Of a DNA stretch of 64,000 nt, positions 60,205 to 64,000 are shown piece by piece. The notes under the pieces are model-generated. The model searched no databases and was not told where the DNA came from. It saw only the letters and a list, made by a program, of their open reading frames with translations. Position numbers and translations under genes: made by a program. The stretch comes from Candidatus Eiseniibacteriota bacterium (GTDB lineage: Bacteria; Eisenbacteria; RBG-16-71-46; SZUA-252). Positions within the stretch are counted from its first letter, which is position 1, and the number at the start of each line of letters is the position of its first letter. The stretch lies in contig OY969801.1 in the NCBI GenBank assembly GCA_963703225.1, forward strand, positions 2,272,001 to 2,336,000, read 5' to 3'.

Positions 60205-60233
60205 ACACTACGGACTCTCTCCAATCCTGTCAA
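60205..60233 (-). promoter_or_regulatory. Putative sigma70 promoter for the small lipoprotein
   Basis: TTGACA-N17-TAGTGT. Confidence 0.65.
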
Positions 60234-60246
60234 TAGGGATTTGCCC

Positions 60247-61386
60247 CTAGAGGACGCAGAGGGCCTGCTGGAGGTCGCCGATCAAGTCCTGGACGTCTTC
60301 GATGCCGACGGAAATTCTTACAAGACCGTCGGTTAACCCGACTTTCTCCCTTTCTTCGCGGGGCACCGAGGCGTGGGTCATGCTGGCCGGATGGCTGATC
60401 AAGCTCTCGACGCCGCCCAGGCTCTCGGCGAGCGCGAAGAGCTTGGTGCGGCGGAGCACCGACGCCCCCCGCGCGAGCGAGCCCGTCTCAAAGGCGATCA
60501 TCCCGCCAAATCCGCTGGCTTGGGACTTGTGAAGCTCGTGCCCCGGGTGTCCCGGGAGGCCGGGATAGAGCACCCGCGTGAGCTTGGGGTGCTTGGCGAG
60601 CCAGGCGGCGATCTCGCGCGCATTGGATTCATGGCGCTCCATGCGGACGGCCAACGTCTTCACCCCGCGGAGCACGAGGAAGCAGTCGAGCGGCCCGGGC
60701 ACGGCTCCGACCGCGTTCTGCAAGAACTGCAGGCGCTCGCTCGCGGCGTCGTCGTTGGAGATGACAATTCCACCCACCATGTCGCTATGCCCGTTGATGT
60801 ACTTGGTGGTGCTGTGGATCACGAGGTGGGCGCCCAGCTCGAGCGGCCGCTGAAAGTAGGGCGTCATGAAGGTGTTGTCTACCGCGAGGAGCGCGCCGCG
60901 GGAGCGGGCCAACTGGGCCAGGCCCCGCAGGTCCGAAATGATCATCGAGGGATTGGTCGGCGTCTCCACGAAGAGGAGCTTGGTGCTCGCGCGGAACGCC
61001 GCGGCGGTCCCCTCGAGACTGGAGGTGTCGACGTACGAGAAGTCGACCCCAAATCCGCGCATCACCTGCTCAAAAAGCCGGAACGTTCCCCCGTACATGT
61101 TGTTCGAAGCGACAACGTGATCCCCGCTCTTCAAGAGCTGGGTCACCGCCGAGGTCGCCGCCATCCCCGAAGCGAACGCGAACCCCCGCGTCCCCCGCTC
61201 CAGCACGGCAAGGTTCTTCTCCAGCGCCATGCGGGTGGGATTGTGGGTACGGGCATACTCGTATCCCTTGTGCTTTCCCAGCTCCTCTTGGACGTAGGTA
61301 GAGGTCTGGTAGATCGGGACGGTCACCGCCCCGGTGGTCGGATCGGGCTCCTGGCCCGCGTGGATGGCGTCGGTCGAGAATCCCAT
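60247..61386 (-). CDS. Cystathionine gamma-lyase/gamma-synthase family PLP enzyme
   Basis: PIYQTSTY, YARTHNPTR, SGMAA, ETPTNP, DNTF, HSTTKYINGHSD, SLGGVESL. Confidence 0.93.
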   Translation of the reverse strand: MGFSTDAIHAGQEPDPTTGAVTVPIYQTSTYVQEELGKHKGYEYARTHNPTRMALEKNLAVLERGTRGFAFASGMAATSAVTQLLKSGDHVVASNNMYGGTFRLFEQVMRGFGVDFSYVDTSSLEGTAAAFRASTKLLFVETPTNPSMIISDLRGLAQLARSRGALLAVDNTFMTPYFQRPLELGAHLVIHSTTKYINGHSDMVGGIVISNDDAASERLQFLQNAVGAVPGPLDCFLVLRGVKTLAVRMERHESNAREIAAWLAKHPKLTRVLYPGLPGHPGHELHKSQASGFGGMIAFETGSLARGASVLRRTKLFALAESLGGVESLISHPASMTHASVPREEREKVGLTDGLVRISVGIEDVQDLIGDLQQALCVL

Positions 61387-61390
61387 GTCG

Positions 61391-62797
61391 CTAGGCGTTG
61401 ATGTACTCGATGAGGTCGAAGCGCGTGAGGATCCCCGACGGGCGCCCGGTGTCGTCGATCGCGACCGCGGCGTTTCGCTCCGCGAGGATCTTCATGACGC
61501 GCGGAAGATGCTCGTGAATCGAAACGGTGGGAAGCGGCTTCTCGATCAGATACTCGAGCCGGGTCTCCGGAGTGGCGGTGCCGTCGAGCACCTTCGTAAG
61601 TAATGCTCCTTCGGTCACCGCTCCGACCACGGATCCGTCCTTGAGGACCGGGAGCTGGGAGATGTTGAACTCGCGGATCAGCGCGAGCGCGCGCGACGCA
61701 GGCTCGTCGTAGCCGACCGAGATCATGGCGGGGACGTGATTCCCCTTCGCGCGAAGAATTTCGCCCACCGTGACCGCGCTGGAGTCGAGCAGATGGTTGT
61801 CTCGCATCCACTCGTCCGAGTGGACCTTGCTCAGGTATCGCTCGCCCGTGTCGGGAATGAGCACCACGACCACCTCGTCCGGCTTGGCCTCGCGCGCGAT
61901 CTGCAGCGCCGCGTAGAGCGCGGTCCCTGCCGAGCCTCCGGCGAGAATTCCCTCCTCGCGGGCAAGCCGCCGCGCCAGGTTCAACGACTGGCTATCGGTC
62001 ACGGAGATCACCTCGTCGATCACCGAGAAGTCGAGTGTGCCCGGAAAGAAATCCTCGCCGATTCCCTCCACCTTGTACGGCTTGGGGGCGATCACCTTCT
62101 TCGTGTAGAAGTATTCCTTGAGGATCGAGCCGATCGGATCGGCGCCGACGATCTTGATCTTAGGATTCTGCTGCTTCAAGTAGCGGGCGGTACCGCTGAT
62201 CGTGCCGCCGGTCCCGAGGCCGGCCACGAAGGCGTCTATCTTTCCGCCGGTCTGGCGCCAGATTTCGGGGCCCGTCGACCGGAAATGCGCCTCGGGATTG
62301 GTTGGATTGAAGTACTGGTTGGCCAGGTATGCGCCCGAGGTCTCGCGGACGATCCTCTTGGCCACCTCATAATAGGACTCGGGCGAATCTGGCGGCACGG
62401 CCGTCGGCGTGATCACGACCTCGGCGCCGAATGATTTCAGGAGATTGATCTTCTCCCGGCTCACCTTGTCGGGCATGACCAGCACGGCGCGATAACCCTT
62501 GACCGCCGCGACCATGGCGAGGCCGGTGCCGGTGTTCCCCGACGTCGCTTCCACAATGGTCCCGCCCGGCTTGAGGAGTCCCTTCGCCTCCGCCTCGGCG
62601 ACGATCGCGACCGCGATCCGATCCTTGACCGACCCGCCGGGATTGAACGCCTCCAGCTTCGCGAGCACGGTCGCGCGGCAATCCTTGGCGATACCTCGGA
62701 GCCGGACCAGCGGGGTCTCTCCGATGGTTTCCAGGATATTGTCGAAAATGCGGGGTCTGGCGGGCGCGGGTGCAGGTGCGCCAGCAGCCTGCGGCAT
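61391..62797 (-). CDS. cbs: Cystathionine beta-synthase with C-terminal CBS pair
   Basis: NPGGSVKDR, TSGNTG, PESYY, GTGGT, PDTGERYLSK, then CBS domains (ISQLPV, GILTRFD); start approximate. Confidence 0.9.
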   Translation of the reverse strand: MPQAAGAPAPAPARPRIFDNILETIGETPLVRLRGIAKDCRATVLAKLEAFNPGGSVKDRIAVAIVAEAEAKGLLKPGGTIVEATSGNTGTGLAMVAAVKGYRAVLVMPDKVSREKINLLKSFGAEVVITPTAVPPDSPESYYEVAKRIVRETSGAYLANQYFNPTNPEAHFRSTGPEIWRQTGGKIDAFVAGLGTGGTISGTARYLKQQNPKIKIVGADPIGSILKEYFYTKKVIAPKPYKVEGIGEDFFPGTLDFSVIDEVISVTDSQSLNLARRLAREEGILAGGSAGTALYAALQIAREAKPDEVVVVLIPDTGERYLSKVHSDEWMRDNHLLDSSAVTVGEILRAKGNHVPAMISVGYDEPASRALALIREFNISQLPVLKDGSVVGAVTEGALLTKVLDGTATPETRLEYLIEKPLPTVSIHEHLPRVMKILAERNAAVAIDDTGRPSGILTRFDLIEYINA

Positions 62798-62926
62798 CGG
62801 TTCGGTTTGGCCTTTCACGGGTCGTCTCGAACGTGGCGGAAGGAGAGAACGGGACCAGGACCGCAAGATAACGCTACGGGCGCTCTGCTGCAGAGGTCAA
62901 GCGTGGAATTCCGGGCAGCCTCGTCT

Positions 62927-63325
62927 TCAGGGGCGGAGCGAGGCCGCCTTGAGCAGTTCCTCGACGATGCCGAGGATCGTCGCGAAGTCGTACGGCTTCG
63001 TGATGAACCGGTTGGCGCCCATCTCCAGCGCGAGCGCCTGGTCGCCCTCCTGCGTCCGGGCGGAGAGGATGATGATCGGAATCTGCTTGTAGCGCTCGTC
63101 GAACTTGAGCAGGCGGCAAACCTTGTACCCGTCCAGCTTCGGGAGCATCAGGTCGAGCAGAATGATGTCGGGCTTCACCTCGCGGGCCTTCTTCAGCCCT
63201 TCCTGCCCGTCCGACGCGAACTCCACGACGTATCCGGCGGCCTGAAGCCCGAACTGGAGGATCCGGACGAGATCCGGCTCGTCGTCAACGACCAGGACGC
63301 GTCCGCGCGGTTGACCCTGACTCAT
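62927..63325 (-). CDS. Single-domain response regulator (receiver)
   Basis: VLVVDDE, LLDLMLPKLDG, LSA, KPY. Confidence 0.92.
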   Translation of the reverse strand: MSQGQPRGRVLVVDDEPDLVRILQFGLQAAGYVVEFASDGQEGLKKAREVKPDIILLDLMLPKLDGYKVCRLLKFDERYKQIPIIILSARTQEGDQALALEMGANRFITKPYDFATILGIVEELLKAASLRP

Positions 63326-63337
63326 GGAGGCTACCCC

Positions 63338-64000
63338 CTAGAGAGCGACGATGTGCGGCGTGACGAAGATCATCAAGTCTACCTTTTCCTTTGAATCGCT
63401 CTTGTGGCGGAAGAAGAACCCGAGCAGGGGAATGTCGCCCAGAATCGGGACCTTCCGCTCCACCTTCCGGTCGAGCGTCGAGATGAGACCGCCAATCAGA
63501 ATCGTTTCGCCGCTCTTCACGATAATCTGCGTCGTGGCGGAGCGGGTCGAGGTCACCGGCCGCTCGTTGAATTGTCCGCGGTACTCGATGATCTGGCTCA
63601 CTTCCGGCCCCACCGTGAGGACCATCGTGCTGTCCGAGGTGAAATGGGGCGTGACCAGGAGCCGGATCCCCACCTTCTTCTCCTCGTATCCGGTGATCTG
63701 CAGCGTCCCGGCCAAGGGGAGGTGCTCGTACGTCGCGATCGGCACCACCGTGCCCACGATGATCTCGGCCTCCCGGTTGTCGAGCGTCGTGACTTGGGGG
63801 GCCGACACGAGATTCGTGTTCGACTGCTGTTTCAGGATTTCCATCGCGACCGAAAACTCCTCGAACGACAACTTGCCGAACTTGAAGTCGCTCGGCGTGG
63901 CGTACGGAAACGTCTCGCCCGGCGGGAAGGCCGGCCCGCCTCCGCCCACCTGATTGTTGGGGTTTGACGATCCGGTGAAGGTGCTCCCGCTGTTGTCCTT
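63338..64000 (-). CDS. Secretin (PilQ/GspD family), C-terminal part; 5' end beyond the window
   Basis: SAPQVTTLDNREAEI.VG, VGIRL.VTP, GETILIGGL, KVPILGDIPLLGFFF, LMIFVTP. Confidence 0.9.
   Translation of the reverse strand, partial: KDNSGSTFTGSSNPNNQVGGGGPAFPPGETFPYATPSDFKFGKLSFEEFSVAMEILKQQSNTNLVSAPQVTTLDNREAEIIVGTVVPIATYEHLPLAGTLQITGYEEKKVGIRLLVTPHFTSDSTMVLTVGPEVSQIIEYRGQFNERPVTSTRSATTQIIVKSGETILIGGLISTLDRKVERKVPILGDIPLLGFFFRHKSDSKEKVDLMIFVTPHIVAL

Noticed and set aside
60247..62797. cbs-cgl pair as a novel system
   Set aside because: Ordinary reverse transsulfuration/H2S-producing gene pair.

Overview
GC-rich bacterial chromosomal window, densely coding, with no CRISPR array, transposase or phage module. 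The FlgD-Ig/T9SS-like sorting tail, TonB receptors and gene repertoire suggest an FCB-related diderm such as Ca. Eisenbacteria (inference only). Main blocks: TonB receptor, ECF sigma and anti-sigma (1-3019); small outer-membrane barrels and PPK2; a tryptophan -> kynurenine -> anthraniloyl-CoA catabolic cluster (7.8-17.6 kb) that lacks a recognisable kynB but begins with a creatininase-family amidohydrolase; a DPM1-like GT2 plus TMTC-like GT-C/TPR pair; serine hydrolase, a decayed tRNA-Arg-like relic, Ada, YyaL, mnmA-iscS, PPIase and TPR proteins; ECF42 with two DGPF/YciI genes and a matching promoter; comM, HAD, panE; a ~2,530-aa exported protein with 22 cadherin-like repeats; a crt-thiolase-hbd-thiolase-leuA-like-leuB-like operon; a cobalamin riboswitch with btuB; yajQ-TPM-pseudo-nucleotidyltransferase-lemA; cbs-cgl; a receiver protein and a truncated secretin. 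Eight +1 insertions in short C/G runs break six genes and look like long-read consensus errors. The best novelty candidates are (i) the creatininase-fold protein as a possible replacement kynurenine formamidase, (ii) a possible bacterial TMTC-type O-mannosylation system, with the cadherin-like adhesin as a candidate substrate, and (iii) a periodic pattern of calcium-ligand-free linkers in that adhesin.
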